From: Azolla caroliniana
Taxonomy: Eukaryota > Plantae > Polypodiophyta
Length of the DNA: 30,669 nucleotides
Assembly (NCBI GenBank): GCA_043228905.1
Contig: JBHGNT010000370.1
Span: forward strand, 1-30,669
Direction of reading: 5' to 3'
Numbering within the stretch: the stretch's first letter is position 1; each line of letters opens with the position of its first letter. The notes below the pieces were generated by a model, which had not been told where the DNA came from, searched no databases, and was given only the letters and a program-made list of their open reading frames with translations. Of this stretch, positions 1 through 11,668 are shown in pieces. A program made the translations under genes and the position numbers.

Positions 1-37
1 CTGTATTTGATGCAGAAGAGAACAGATGAATGGTAAT

Positions 38-63
38 GAAGAAGAAGAAGAAGAAGAAGAAGA
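38..63. repeat. (GAA)n microsatellite
   Basis: About 8 perfect GAA units. Confidence 0.9.
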
Positions 64-140
64 GAAACTGCTCTTATTATGTCTTATAAATATGTAATGA
101 AAAGTTCAAAGTTCAAATCCCTCTCTCATTCATTCTTTTT

Positions 141-540
<400 letters not shown>

Positions 541-1786
541 ACATTATGACTCCATGGCTCTCGACATATTGGGTATGTCGGGTTGAAGTCCCTACTTGCA
601 CCTCCTCGCTCTCTCCCTACCTTTGAAAGAAGCGTTGACCCACTTTCCATGGCCCTCACCGGACCTGATTCACCCCTCCCGGTTAACTAACTGACTTCTT
701 CGTGTCACATTGGTTGATTAGGATGTCCTTTTGGCCTAATCACATTACAAAATCTATGTGGTTCTGCACATTAGTGGCAGTTACCATTCTGATTCATTGC
801 CAAATTAACATCCGCCATTCAATATGTTGATGTGCTTAAGAAACGTTACCTCAATTGCATGGGTTTGCATATTCGTGATGGATTACAACATTGTGAGGCA
901 CATTGATATTAAATCCCACTATTAACATCACAATTACTTGTGTTTGGATATCTCCTTCTAAATATGGTACCCTATCCATGACAGATAATGACAACAAATG
1001 TCCATGAGTCAAACCATTATGAGGCAGGCTTTTAGTCATTCCCATGCTAAAAGCATTTCCTACTGTCACATTCATTGCTTGTTTTGTGTCTCTAGTTGTC
1101 AATAGCCTCTCAACAGAAGATCTAGTCATGGTATATAGAGTTCCAAGCTTAAATATATCTCATTTGGTATACTCCCATGATGGAGTTACTTGCACCTCCA
1201 TGAAGAGCCATCAAAGTGTCCTCCATATGGTGTAGCCATACCATGCAAATAATTTCAACATGGATGTATCATGCTCCAAGTAGGGATACTAAAATTTTGT
1301 TTTTTGCTGATAATGGCCCTGGATCATGAAAAGCTGTAGAACTTTTTCATTTAGCCCAATCAAAAACGTGCACGAGATTGGTTGAATTGCGAAAAGTTGT
1401 TGAGTTTTTTGATGGAGACCAATTTGATGCATGCATGAGATTGGTTCAAATTGTTAGTTAGCCATACAACTTTTCTATGTCATCGTCTAACAAGCATCAA
1501 TAATGTTCTCTATCTATTATCATACCAATAATTCTGTTATATTATGACAAAATAGAAGAAAATGAAGGCATAAGAGTACAACTTCAATTGCAATTAAAAC
1601 GTAACCAATTATTAATACCAATATATTTTCAAATGATTCGATTTCATCATGCAAGAAAGTATTGACAAAACCCCATCCCAATACATTATTCCCGCTCCCA
1701 AAGTCTCCTATAGTTACTTCTTCGATACGTTATTCTTCCTACTTAATTGGGACCCTTGTTTTGTCATCCTGTTTGCTTGTTGCTTC

Positions 1787-2010
1787 TAGAAATTATTTGA
1801 CATTTACTGACATTAAGCACACCAACACAATGCTCTTATCTCCCTCGTTTGATGTCTTCTTCATCGCACTGAATTTTGCCACAAAAAGAGACTTGTTAGA
1901 AATTATTTGACATTTACAAACATTAAGCACAACAACACAATGCTCTTATCTCCCTCATTTGATGCCTTCTTCATCGCATGCACTGAATTTTGCCACAAAA
2001 AGAGACTTGT
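1787..2010. repeat. Tandem duplication, 110-bp unit x2
   Basis: TAGAAATTATTTGACATTTAC...CCACAAAAAGAGACTTGT starts at 1787 and again at 1897. The second copy has a 4-bp insertion and a few substitutions. Confidence 0.9.
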
Positions 2011-2382
2011 CAAATGGTCATCCCCTTGTATTGAACTTCGCTTTTCAATGGCCTATTTCACGCCTTTTAGTATATTACTTTTATTTGAAGTTTTGGGTTG
2101 CGTATGTAATTCTTTGTAAATTCGTATCGCTATATTTACAATTAATATAATCTGTAAAGCTGACACCTTCGGCATATAATGAAATGAGATGCATTACAAG
2201 ATGTAGAATAGTTCTTGCACATTGTGTCTATTGTCGTGGGACTAAAAATCCATGAATTAATAAGACTAAATATCTCTAACATACGCCCGTAAAGATGAAG
2301 AACCGAATGAAATTTACTGTAAATAACATGCATCTACAAACTTACAAACAATACCACGATTATGATCATCATGTGATGCGTG

Positions 2383-2645
2383 TCACATGATACAAATCTA
2401 CAGGAAAGGGTACATATGAAAACAAAGTTACAATCCGATACTTTATACAAATCGACAAAAAAAGTCAAAAATAGCCAAAGTTACAAATGTCATCTAGTAG
2501 TACATGATAGAAATCTACACAAAAAAATGACTTATGAGACCAGCTTACAATCATCATCTGAGACATTATACAATTCTGAGCAAAAGGCCAAAATGATTTA
2601 TGAGACAAAAGTTACACCCATTATGTAGTACATGAAACAAATACA
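2383..2645. repeat. Degenerate tandem repeat (~60-bp subunits, ~120-bp higher order) downstream of the kinase stop codon
   Basis: CATGATAC/GAAATCTACA recurs near 2386, 2503 and 2630. TTATACAA(A/T)TC and AAAGTTACA motifs recur between these. Confidence 0.55.
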
Positions 2646-2830
2646 TTTTCTCAGTTTTCTGCAACAGGACACCGAGCCCCTATTTAGAGGAAAACATTAT
2701 GTTCCGGTTAGCACCCTAGTAAGAGTGTGTTCTTTGTGATTTACACTTGGACCCAATTAGGCAAAATTTTACAGCACATCATACATAAGAGCGTAGTAAG
2801 ACTTGCGTGAAATTGTTCTACTCTTCTTCT

Positions 2831-5800
2831 TTATAGCACCGAATCCACCATAGCTATGACATGGTTGTAGTATTCCACCCCATCTGGGAGAAGGAATTAA
2901 ATTTTCTTAAATAACGACTAAAATATCATACAGGACACCAAGAAAGAAAACTGCATTCTTACAAATGAGGAGGTGATTTAAGAGATGAAAAAGTTGATAG
3001 ATCTTATGCCGGTCCGAAAATTTAGGTGTCCTTGGAAGTATCTCATGGTATGAATCATAGAAGGCATCGGCTGAAAAATGAAGCAAATTTGCTTTCAATC
3101 GTGTAATAGAGATAGGCAAAACCAATTTTCACCTCAGCATAGTCTTGAAATTATACTGTTTAAATGCTTACATGGGCTCACAGGAAAAAAATCTTATTGA
3201 AGTAAAACAAGAAAACCATTAATAAGACATATGCAGAAAAGGAAAAACCACTTACAAAAACCTGGGAAACCTGGAATTGGTGACCAATCTTGAAATGCTA
3301 GGTCTGTGAAAACACCAATATTAATAGTATCATATGGTCCACAAGTCAAGAAAAATGTTGACATAACTACAGTTAACTAAGTATGTAAATTTTGGTAGAA
3401 CACGAAAAAAGTAGAGTTTACCAAATTCAGCATCCCCAATGAAGGTCGCAGGATCAAACATGGCGACCTCTCCCGTTGCTAATAAACCTGTGTTTCCCAT
3501 CTACACAGAAATATTGCACAATGTTAAGAAAGAAAACTCAGATGGCTGTAGCTCAGTTCATACGGTTGTTCCGCAGAGACCAGAAGGCTATGCATATGCA
3601 ATCCCTACATTCTTTAGTGACATCTAGCAGAGTAGTGCATATTGTGAAATTTGAACCAACATGCTTGCATGGGTTAGTAAAAACTTGGCTTACCACTAGG
3701 GTACAGCCAAAATAGGAACAAAAAAAAAACATAAAATCTCCAACAAACATGATTAACCTTGAGAGCCATTTGCAATTTCAACCTATATTCATAACTCTTA
3801 GGAATCAATCATATGTAAATATGTAAACCTTACCCATAGATCTCCGTGTAAAATGCTTGGCTTGCACTTATGCTCACCCAAGATATCTCTTGCTCTATTT
3901 AATAGCATGCTTTCTTTTGCTTGCAGTTCTTTAGCATTCTCTCCTAGAACATCATAAACCCTCTGAAATTTTGTATATCAAGTGGAGCTTCAAAAGAAGT
4001 TTCAAATTTATAAAAGACAGCTCAAGTGCCATATTAACATTAGGCATATCTCTAGAATTATGCTAAGAATAGTATCATTTTTTTATATTTCTGAACAAAT
4101 TCAAGTGACATTCATTTCATCGAATGTATTTCGTATATATTTCAACTTTGAGACACTGAAAATACTAAATACCTTTCACGTACCATGAGACGATCTTTTA
4201 ACCGCCTCTCCACAAAAAAGTTTTCCCAAGATGACATCCATGTATTTTCCAAAGGAACAACTCCAAGCCTAAACACAATAAGTGAAAAATCATTCCAATC
4301 AGGTTTCATAAATTTGTTAGCTTGGATTTACAGTAACAATAACATTCCAATTAAAACCTCAAAAACCTCGTGCATCAAAAAAAAAAAAACCTTGTGTTTG
4401 ACGGAAACCCAAACAAATCTCCAACTTCATACTGATGCAGCATTGCTAAATTCTTCCCAAGATCTGCTTGGCTTTTCTTTCGCATCTAACAAAACAATAT
4501 TGCAGTAAGTATATCATTTCTCAATCATGCATATTGTGGAAAAGACATTTTATTTTTTGGCCTGTAATTCCAAATTTTTGATGAAAAAAGTGACTTTTCG
4601 GCCAAATAATTTTCAACTAGTTTTTTACATGAAACCTTTCCTATGCTTCAGAGCTGTGCATGTTTAAGTTCGTATGTAAGTATGAAATAGCATCAAGATA
4701 GTTTCAAATGCTATGCTCATCGTATCAAGGACAGTCTATCTTTCAAAATGCCAAGGTCACAGAATCAACTAGAACCCATTTTTTTATAAAAAAATATATA
4801 TTTTGGCTGAATAATTTCAAGGTACTTTACAACAAACCTTGCATACATACATCTCATCTCTAAGTTCCCATTTAGTATGAATCAGCATTAGAATTCATTG
4901 CCCCTGATAGGTTAAGAGTATATTTAAACGCATTATTCTTACCATGCCAAAAGGACGAAACTGTAGATGTTCCAGTATGATATAGGACCCACCATCAGGC
5001 AAATCTCCATATCCAAAAGGCTGAGGAACCCGTACTCCTTGAGATATATTTAATCTCAGCAACCTGATAAAAAACATGCACATGCATGCACATGTGTGTG
5101 TGTGTGTGTGTTATGTTTAGAATTTCATAAGATCTTTATTAATGATTCCTTAATACAAACATAAAATTTGCAATATCAGAATATTGAAAAGCTTGGTAAC
5201 CACATGGATTTCAGAACTTTTTCCCATTTTTCTTTCTACTTCTCTTTATTCATTTCAACAAATATACTATTGTTCCACAAAACAATTAACAAAAAACCAG
5301 AAATTTTAATTTTATGAAAACTAGATTTGAGGAGGGATACAGATATAATCAATACGTACGCCTCATGTTCACCCAAAAACATATCTTTTGCAGCAAGAGA
5401 CCTGATTGAAACAAAATAAAATAAGATCATTAATGCCACCAGCTACTAATCATATTGATTCAATGATTATAGGAAACTGTTTTCCTTTCTCAAGCTATTT
5501 TACGGATGGGAGAAATGAAGAGAGGATTCGCATGAAGACAAATAGAAGCTGATTAATGGTCATCCTTCTACAGAGGTTTGACTAAAACACTAGATATACC
5601 TACTTGATGAATGATCAATGTTATAAAAGAATTCGTTGCATGTTATTGTGCAACACATATTGATCGTCCTATCCCCTTCAAACATCTACAAATATTATTA
5701 TGCTTAGGAAGGTATATAGAGCCAGTTCACATGTTTTAACATGGTGAGATTTTGGCAATAGAAGTAAATTACCTGTTGATTTTAACAAAGAATTTTCCTC

Positions 5801-7433
5801 CCACACAATCAAATGTGTATGACTCATTGATACATCCACGAAAATGTACGGTTTTTGGTTTTGAAATCAAGTCACCACATCCTAACTGTTTCAAGTGAGA
5901 TAAAACTTTGAAGTCTCCTGAATTCAACTGACTTTTTAACCCTTCAGATAGATCTGAATTGAATTCAAACCATCCCTGACAGCAGAAAATAGTTCGTCTT
6001 TTATGCTGAACTCCAGGCAAATCCCTACAATTTTTCAGAAGGAAAACAAACAAGTTTGCAAGGATGAATTCTGAGAAAGCTGATTAAATATAAATAAATA
6101 AAAATGCCGCTGAGTTTTCATTATTTCCCCAAATGCATGACGCTAACTTTTGGTCATTTCACTAAACACTGTTGCTCAGCCTTTGAAAGAGACAGGAATA
6201 GGATGAAATATACATTTAGTTACTCAAATAGCACATATAATTTAAAAATCAGGGATCCATTAACCATATAATTGTTATTTCAGGGTTGAACAATAGCATT
6301 GAGGGAAAAAGAAAAACGCATTTGGAAAAATAAAGAAAAACTCAGGGGTATTTTGGATCTCCCTCCTGATAAATGCTTGTTTCAGAAGGTTATTCTTAGT
6401 GCTTTTGATGATCTACATAGATCCAAGTATCATGTACTACTTTTATTTAAGTTCATTAAACTTTGAAATGTATTCTTGACCATTTTAAGCACAATATTGT
6501 TAATCTATTGGGTAATTGAGCCTTTTTTTTCCTCCTGTGAATTCCAGTTCTTGTTAGTGCAATCTCCCTTCCAAAATGCCCACCTCAAGGATATACTAGA
6601 GCATGTGATGGTGAAGTTTTTATATCCGTATGGAACTTCCAAGAAAATCCCTTTCTCAGGGGAGATTGTTGAATCTATAGACAATATCAACATTTTTGCA
6701 CTTCAAACAGCATTAAAGATTAGGTAAGTGTGGGAAAACTTTGGATATAAATCTATGATTTCATAAATGTGCTAAAAAGGTCCAAAACGGTGATTCCACA
6801 CCTCCAAAATAAGTGTCCATCTCAAAATATAACATCGTTGAGTAATATCCAATAGACCCACTGAATCAAATTTCTCCATGGAACTGGTGCATATTTAGAC
6901 CACACGAATGGGCACCCAAAGATTGACAAAAAAAAAGCTATGTTTTGAACAACATTACATGAAGAGGGTAACATATAGATATTACACTATAGTTTTTCCT
7001 CATCGAAAACTTGTATATTTCAAATAACATTAAGTGAATATGGGAACAGTTTGATTAACCTATCTAACTATCATCGTTGAAAGTGGCAGCAGATTTAGGG
7101 TTTTTCCTTAATTCTAAGCTCTTTTACCAAAACCAGCAAAAAATGTACGCAAAAATTTGGAAAGACCAGACACAGTTAGATTCATCACATCTGAGACCCC
7201 ACTCAATCTGGACAGATTGAGGATAGACAACCAATCGGATGGGGAAAATGATCGCTGATTTTGATACCATATACACTGAATGAGGTAGATAGGAGACGAA
7301 TCCAACATAGCAAAAAGAAATTTGTGGGTCTGAGGGAAACGATGAGAAACTGAACACACCTGAACTTTGTGGAAGTGGGCGGTGATAGAAACACAGAATC
7401 CAATCCACATTTTCTGCTGCCCATCAACGCCAT
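2831..7433 (-). CDS. FN3K: Fructosamine-3-kinase / protein-ribulosamine 3-kinase family protein, divergent paralog, 11 exons, ~361 aa, probable N-terminal organellar transit peptide (symbol is family-level only)
   Basis: Exons 7433-7360, 6024-5773, 5401-5360, 5063-4943, 4485-4391, 4268-4184, 3962-3834, 3500-3422, 3303-3256, 3070-2963, 2883-2831. All introns are GT-AG with matching phases; total 1086 nt ending in TAA. Motifs: GCIN P-loop, FFVKINR, MFxGE, RVPQPF..G..GGSYIILE, QADLG..LA.LH, FGF, N.W...W..FF..RRL, PSILHGDLWMGN, FDPA...GDAEFDLA, FY.SY, R..IYQLFHLLNH. Exon 1 (MALMGSRKCGLDSVFLSPPTSTKFR) is the least certain. Confidence 0.9.
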
Positions 7434-7466
7434 TTGAGCATGAAAGAGCTGCCTTCCATACACATG

Positions 7467-7578
7467 CTAATTCCCAAAATACTTCTAACCTTTTCTATAA
7501 TTCCCAAAATACCCTTCGTATTTTTATAATTCCCAAAATACCCTTTGTATTTTTATAATCCCCAAAATAACCCTTTGT
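7467..7578. repeat. 29-30-bp tandem repeat x4 just upstream of the kinase ATG
   Basis: AAT(T/C)CCCAAAATA anchors near 7469, 7499, 7528 and 7557. Confidence 0.85.
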
Positions 7579-7634
7579 TTCTCATCTTGTAGAGTGCAAT
7601 GTTTTTCGGCCTTGCCATTCGGCACGCAGCCTTC

Positions 7635-7950
7635 GGTTTGTCAATAGTTCTGAAACCGATCCACTACATGCAGTTATGGGTTTGTCAATAGGTTTGAAAC
7701 CGATCCACTACATGCAATTATGGGTTTGTCAATAGTGTCTGAAACTGATCCACTACATGCAGCCATGGGTTTGTCAATTGGTTTGAATCAGATCCATCTT
7801 GCTTGCTTTTGCATTCCAACTGATCCGTCTTCCATGTTATGGGTTTGTCAATAGTGTCTGAAACCGATCCACTACATGCAGCCATGGGTTTGTCAATTGG
7901 TTTGACTCAGATCCATCTTGCTTGCTTTTGCCTTCCAACTGATCCATCTT
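7635..7950. repeat. ~44-bp tandem repeat with a 119-bp higher-order duplication
   Basis: GGTTTGTCAAT...GATCCA units near 7635, 7679, 7723, 7768, 7842 and 7887. Block 7722-7840 is repeated at 7841-7950. Confidence 0.9.
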
Positions 7951-8238
7951 CTTGCTTTGTCTGCTTCAAGCTTGAGCATAGGTATGAAATTGCTTTAGCC
8001 ATCGATCGCTCCTAACATTGGCTCTATGACGTAGAACCATGAAAAATACTCGTCCTAATGATCGGTCAATAGATCACTTTGCGTACAGGTCTCATGTGTA
8101 AATAAGTACTCCTCCTTTCATGGATGCTCTCATGTTGTATTCATATGTCAGCATGCTCATTCTGGAATCTGGGTAATTAAAACATCAATCGTCGTTGTAA
8201 TGACAGGTCGCTAATTGTAAAGAATCTAACTCTCGTAG

Positions 8239-8689
8239 TGTTGGGGTATGCGAAATCGTAGTGTGTATGTGAGAGTGGGTCTGTGAGCAAGAGAAAGAAT
8301 TGGAGAAAATAACCAGAAATAATAAAATACACACTAGGAGGATGACAGTTGATGCACCGAAGAGAAAACTACATTAATAAACTAAAGTTCATGAACTAAA
8401 CACGATGGGCCAAGGGGGTTTTATATACAAGTCTCACGGGAATGCCACATTAAATGTGGTTGGTGGAATCTAATCAAGATATCTACTTGAGTACGATTCT
8501 ATCATAAGAATGTCTAATCTTCTTTGACCACATTTACACTTGACAACTAACCAAATATCATAATCTAGTTCTTCGTGTAACTAGATAGTTCACACATATT
8601 ACAATAAAAGTGTGCTCACGTACTTTTTTCACACATTGTGCTTTTCTTCATAAGCACATGTGCACGTGACTTGAGCTTGATTCTCAACA
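8239..8689 (-). mobile_element. Probable solo LTR (~450 bp)
   Basis: TGTTG...CAACA termini and a minus-strand TATATAAAACCCCC at ~8414-8427. No adjacent PBS or PPT. The TSD is not clean: CTAAC follows at 8690 but lies 8 bp away from the left end (8226-8230). Confidence 0.5.
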
Positions 8690-10879
8690 CTAACAATGTA
8701 CGGAAACCTTCAACCGAATCTAAAGAGATACTCAAAGTTCCACCCTACCATTCAAAAAATAACATCATGCATGGGGGGTTCATAATGTTTTGAGATACCT
8801 TAGTAATGTGTCCCTCTGCTCCAACTTTTAAGTCTATACACACATCGATCCATTTCCCTATATGGGCGTGTAACATATACACATCGTTTTTCCTTGCTAG
8901 ATAATTGTTGGGCACATCCTAGGAACTAAGAGTTGTGCATCATTAACATGAAGGTATATTTTAGCTCGGTTGTCAAGAACAATGAACCATTACGCAAAGG
9001 GGGTCTTGTATCAAACACTGGTAACCGTAGGCACAATGTGTGTTTGATAACCGTAGGCACGATGTGTATTCATCCAACAGGTTGTGGAATTAATTGATGT
9101 CATGTGTGGAATGCCAATATTGCCTCAAATTAGAATCTTCTTCTTCTCGTGATCAAATTGATATATCGCACCAGATGCAACTAATTTGTGTGCTCATTCA
9201 TTGGAATCTCTTTTTTTAAAACCATATAAGCATTGAGTGTAAGGCACAATAACATGAATTAAAAAATCAACGAAGAGTTGTTTATTGGCTTGAAATTGAT
9301 TACCCATTATCACATCAAACTAAAGAAAATTGGTAATGTTGAAACCTCACTTTGTTAGGTTGAAACCTTGGACTCTCTGGTATATCTTAGCAAACAATTT
9401 CTTTGAGCATTTCTATGTATAAACACTCATATGGTGAAGTTGAGTTAATTGGAGTACTCAAATGTGATCATGCATTACATTGTATATGGTTAAATAAGTC
9501 CTCGAGTGGTTTGCCAACGATGATTGGAATGTTTCAATAAACAGATTACACAACTAACTTTGATGGACAATGCAAAAGCAAAAGGACGACGATTCATCTT
9601 CACGACTTGATACTTCCTCATTCATTTTCTCATAGCCATAAGATATGTGAGATAACTTAGACAAATTAGACTCATCTATAGTTTCTTGAGCATTATGTTG
9701 TCATCATTAAAACAAATGATCAAGATATTGCAATGCATACCAGAGAATTCATTCAATTTGTTTGCTTTAGACATAGTTAACAAAATTTCTTCATGGCTCC
9801 CGCTTAAACTTGCTAAAAATAAGTCCTCGTTGTGTGTTACGTCCCAATTTAGCTTTAAGGACATTGCCATAAGGAGCCCCTTATTTCACATGAGACAACA
9901 CTCAATCATTCAATATTTAGATACATTTATACATGAGGTGTAATATATGTTGTGGCACCTATGGATAAACCTAATGAGCATTGTTACTCATTGATCCTTT
10001 CCAATTCACTAATGCCCTAGTGTACTAGTAGTTGCTTAGTAGATGTTGACATAGCAATCCTCATTTGCCCTTCAAGGAGGTCGTTGTGGTTCTTGTCCAA
10101 CTCATTGGTGGGACTTTTCGACAAGGTACTCAAGGCAAATCAAGTTATCGTGTGTTTGATATTCAATATTGTTGTATTATCGTTGTCCATGAGTTGACGA
10201 GCTTCATTATTGGCGATACATGGAAGTTGTATTGAAGATTCATACATTAAGGCTAGCTCTATTACTTATAGGAAAATGAGAAATGTGACAAAGAAGTTAC
10301 ATGTGAGGGATGTGCAAGTGGAGGCGGTTTAGCACCTATTGAAAATATATTAGAGACATGTAAAATATTGAAAAAAAACGATTTAGCACCTATTGAACAA
10401 AACATTTTAATCGCAACGAGTTTTGTGAGTATCAACACAACTTCCTCATTGTCTTCAATGTTAAGTGTTAAGTATCCGACACTCGAGACACCGGTTGTGG
10501 AGACATCGACGTCAACAAATCGTGGGAAATGGGGGATAGAGTAAACCCAAATAGGAAATAATGAGATAATGGGCAACCTAGTGTGAAAGGAACCAATTAA
10601 CCTTGTAAAAAGTTATAAAAGCCACCTTTTGGTTATTTTTGAAGCTTTTCTCCCATCTTGAATGTTCTCCTTTCAATTAGTGTATCCAAAGCTTTCAATC
10701 TATCCTCCTAATTTTCTATTAGAGCCAAGAGTCATTAGGGTTAAGAGCTAGTTAAGCCAAACTGTAATATCTCCACTTTTGTATTGTGCTAAACCTCTTC
10801 TTCTTCTTTTTCTAGACAAGATATCCTTCCATTAGTTTTAAAAAACATATATGCTACAAAATACAACCCACTTATTTTA

Positions 10880-11552
10880 CAAAAATGAGAGATTATTAGG
10901 AAAAGCCGCCACTATGTGACTTTCAACATACACACTTGACATCAGTGCATATCCTACTATTGTATCATGATCCAATTTCATAACTTCATTCGAGCATAAT
11001 TTCCCCCTATCTATATAGCCAAAGCATGTACATGCTATCAATAAGGTCAACCAACTACCCACATTTGTTGCTCAAATGTTTCAGAGCTGAAAAACCTTCA
11101 CTATTCCGCACATACCCAGAGATCATTGCGTTGTAAGACACCACCTCGCGATTATGCTGCAAGACAGTGAATGTTTCTTCCAGGTTTCCATGTGTAAAAT
11201 ACATGCACATATCATATGTCATGGTTGTGCAAAGCGGAAAAACCTTTATAGAGGGAATGATGTCCAAAGCATTCACTCACCTATTGCAGATATTTATCAT
11301 CAATCACATTCCGTACAAATGCCTGGTCTAATCCAGTTACAACATCCTTCTTCTCAGCCTTTTATTGCTTGATGTATCTTATGCTTGCTTTACTAATGCC
11401 TTTACTAAGATAGTGAATGTTTCTTCCAGGTTTCCACATGTAAAATACATGCACATATCATATGTCATGGGCCATGGATGTGCAAAGCTGAAAAACCTTT
11501 ATAGAGGGAATGATGTACAAAGCATTCACTCACATATTGCAGATATTTATCA
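10880..11552 (-). pseudogene. PLS-class pentatricopeptide repeat (PPR) gene remnant
   Basis: Frameshifted fragments: VNALD..., HGNLEETFTVLQHNREVVSYNAMISGYVRNSEGFSAL, LLIACTCFGYIDRGK, IVGYALMSSVY. These match PLS-PPR motif consensus. No continuous ORF. Confidence 0.75.
11161..11552. repeat. ~140-bp direct duplication within the PPR remnant
   Basis: 11161-11300 is nearly identical to 11407-11552 (offset 246, small indel). Confidence 0.9.
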
Positions 11553-11649
11553 TGCAATTCAATCACTTTGTTAATAAGATGTGTTGTGTTTCTTCTTATT
11601 GTCTTCTTTGTGTATGCATGTACTTCCATTGCAAAAGAGAGTGATGCAA

Positions 11650-11668
11650 GTGTGTGTGTGTGTGTGTA
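11650..11668. repeat. (TG)n microsatellite
   Basis: About 9 TG units. Confidence 0.85.

Noticed and set aside
562-595. 7-bp hairpin CGACATA-TTGGG-TATGTCG followed by B-box-like GGTTGAAGTCC (tRNA or SINE?)
   Set aside because: No cloverleaf, A-box, tail or TSD can be built, and the invariant TTC is absent.
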